Shown here piece after piece: positions 61,871-64,000 of a stretch of DNA of 64,000 nucleotides. The notes under the pieces are model-generated. The model saw nothing but the letters and a program-made list of their open reading frames with translations. It did no database searches and had not been told where the DNA came from. Each line of letters starts with the position of its first letter. Within the stretch, counting starts at the first letter, position 1. Origin of the DNA: Promethearchaeia archaeon (lineage in GTDB: Archaea > Asgardarchaeota > Lokiarchaeia > Sigyniarchaeales > SOKP01); NCBI GenBank assembly GCA_029856045.1, contig JAHQWG010000047.1, positions 32,001 to 96,000 of the forward strand, written 5' to 3'. The position numbers were made by a program, and so were the translations under genes.

Positions 61871-62416
61871 ATGGGGAAGGTTAAAATTATGAAGAGAATA
61901 ATGATCAGTGCAAAGAGATTGGGAACTATTGCACATTACATTGGAGTGATTTGTGAGTATCTCTTTGTAATCTTTTTGGCAGTATGGCTTAATAATGTTT
62001 TGAAATTACCAAATTTGTTTAATTTTCTAATCAGGATATTTGGTCTTTTATTGTCTGCTTTTGGGTTGTTTCTTATCTTTTGGAGTAGCTGGCTTCAGTT
62101 TAAGATAGGGCAAGGAACTACTGGGTTTTCTGAGCCTACTAAGAGGTTGGTCACTTATGGGCCATATGGACATGTAAGGAACCCTATGATGGAGGGTCAA
62201 TTTCTTTTTTTTGCAGGTTTTGGATTTCTTCTGGATCTTTTAGCAATGTTTATTATACTACCAATTTTAATTCTTGCAATACATGGATTTATCGTTTATA
62301 GTGAGGAACCTAATTTAAAAAGACGATTTGGACAAGATTGGGTAAGTTATACCGAGAGAGTGGCTAGATGGTTTCCTAGAATTTATAGGACTCACAACAA
62401 CACATATACAAAGTAA
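61871..62416 (+). CDS. Isoprenylcysteine carboxyl methyltransferase / PEMT family membrane protein
   Basis: LVTYGPYGHVRNPM, EE..L..RFG..W..Y...V.RW.P. Confidence 0.88.
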   Translation: MGKVKIMKRIMISAKRLGTIAHYIGVICEYLFVIFLAVWLNNVLKLPNLFNFLIRIFGLLLSAFGLFLIFWSSWLQFKIGQGTTGFSEPTKRLVTYGPYGHVRNPMMEGQFLFFAGFGFLLDLLAMFIILPILILAIHGFIVYSEEPNLKRRFGQDWVSYTERVARWFPRIYRTHNNTYTK

Positions 62417-62549
62417 TAATAAAATACAGAATTTAGGCGGGGTGAGATTGAGAATTTGCCAGTTGCAAATAATTCAGTAGATGTAATTATAATATGAAAA
62501 ATCTAATTAAGTATTTCAATAATTGAAATAAATAAAAAATTTTACAAGA

Positions 62550-63437
62550 TTAAGTAATTTCTTGCTTTGAAGGTTGTGGAGCCTTTTCAGTTAGTTTTCG
62601 CTCAGAAATATCTTGAACTATAACTTGAATTTGGATTTCATTTTGTAATTTAACTAAAGTATTTATAACATTCACCCAAATTAATTCACCATCTTTGGTA
62701 TAAATTTGAATCTCAATAGGATTTAACTTTTCTCCTCTACACAACTTTTTATAAGCATTCTCAATCTTAGTATATGCTTTTGAAGGAAATGCTGCCAATT
62801 CTAGAAAATTTCTGCCAATTAATTCATCTTTTTTTAGGTTAAATAATCTTTCAGCAACAGAATTGCAGTCTATAATTATACCTAGAAATTTTAGTAGAAA
62901 TATCGCAAATGGAGATGTTTCAAATAAATGACGAAATTTTTTTTCTGATTCTTTAAAATCTATTGTTGTTTCTGAAACTTTTTGTTCTAACTTTTTGCAT
63001 AATTCTTTATACTTTTCTTGGGATTCTTTTATTTTTTGTTCTGCTTTTTTTTGTTTGGTAATATCTCTAATAACTGCAATGAATTTGGTATTTCCATTAT
63101 CCTTATATATTCCTCCTCTCGCTTGAACAGGAATATAATGACCATTTTTATGGCGTGTTCTATATATAACTTCTACAATATCTCCTGAATAAATTGCTTT
63201 ATTCATTTTTTTTGCAATTTCTGGCAAATCTTCTGGATGGACGAAACTGAATGCATTCATTCCAATAATTTCCTCCAGTTGATACCCAAACAAATCAAAA
63301 GATCGCGGATTTACGAATGTAAATGTCCCATTTGAATCCAATTCTATAATAGCATCTATTATACTATTAATAAGTGTGCGGTATTTTTCCTCGGAATTTC
63401 TTATTTTTTCAATAGATTTTCTTTTTTTTGATCCCAT
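62550..63437 (-). CDS. Tandem PAS domain protein without an output domain
   Basis: Two PAS/PAC repeats ending DIT and DIS; stop shortly afterwards. Confidence 0.8.
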   Translation of the reverse strand: MGSKKRKSIEKIRNSEEKYRTLINSIIDAIIELDSNGTFTFVNPRSFDLFGYQLEEIIGMNAFSFVHPEDLPEIAKKMNKAIYSGDIVEVIYRTRHKNGHYIPVQARGGIYKDNGNTKFIAVIRDITKQKKAEQKIKESQEKYKELCKKLEQKVSETTIDFKESEKKFRHLFETSPFAIFLLKFLGIIIDCNSVAERLFNLKKDELIGRNFLELAAFPSKAYTKIENAYKKLCRGEKLNPIEIQIYTKDGELIWVNVINTLVKLQNEIQIQVIVQDISERKLTEKAPQPSKQEIT

Positions 63438-63776
63438 AAAAATTTACACCTATATGGAATATCTCTTTTTAAAATTCACTCGATTTTAAATTTTTTTTTA
63501 CTAATAATGTATTCCCTTACAACTACATCTTTTTTAAACAGAAATTAATTGTTCAAAGAAATTTAATATTCTTTAACTATATAATATTTTCTATCTAATA
63601 TTACAACCATTTTCTAAAAAATAAAAAATTTGTATTAAAAAAAAAAATTAAAAAAAAAATCTAGGTTTTTTTTGACAATCTTAATCATTTAATTCTGAGA
63701 TTTAGTTAAATAAATTGTTAAATAATAATAAGTGTAAAATTATAATATATTTTTAAAACTTTAGATTTGTGCTAAT

Positions 63777-64000
63777 ATGAATATTAAAGAAGTAAATGAA
63801 CTCATTTCTCATATTTCTGAAATTATAGATTACCAAGTTAAGAAAAGAGGTCTTTTGGAATCACAACTGTTTCCAGTAACTGCTTATGTTTGTGTTTCTT
63901 TTTATAATGCCTATGATATGCTTTATGATATTTTAAAAAAAATATCTGAAAAAACCACACCAGAGCGTATGGGGAAAGAGAGTAGAAAGATTCTCTCAGA
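63777..64000 (+). CDS. Hypothetical protein, 3'-truncated by window edge
   Basis: Open frame MNIKEVNELISH...RKILS to the end of the window. Confidence 0.65.
   Translation, partial: MNIKEVNELISHISEIIDYQVKKRGLLESQLFPVTAYVCVSFYNAYDMLYDILKKISEKTTPERMGKESRKILS

Overview
AT-rich archaeal chromosomal window. It is almost certainly Asgard (Lokiarchaeia-like): it has a tail-less archaeal histone, a Roadblock-fused Rab-like GTPase, a RING-H2/TPR protein, ThiDN and a PolB2 operon. About 60 CDSs are present; I saw no rRNA, tRNA, CRISPR array, transposase or integrase. The main finding is an apparent operon at 21109-28341. It joins a HAD phosphatase, a tandem double PlsC-type acyltransferase and a degenerate third PlsC-like protein to a split three-gene reductase/dehydratase/activase resembling PlsA/PlsR (anaerobic plasmalogen synthase) and Ger. 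This is a candidate bacterial-type acyl-ester to ether/plasmalogen lipid pathway in an archaeon. The second finding is three co-oriented cargo insertions, each bounded by a diverged direct duplication of the 3' end of the upstream gene (polB2, leuB) or of its terminator (histone), with no recombinase gene. One cargo is a putative surface-fibre pilin/anchor pair. Several genes also appear to start at ATT or ATA. All family assignments come from motifs read by eye; no database searches were run.
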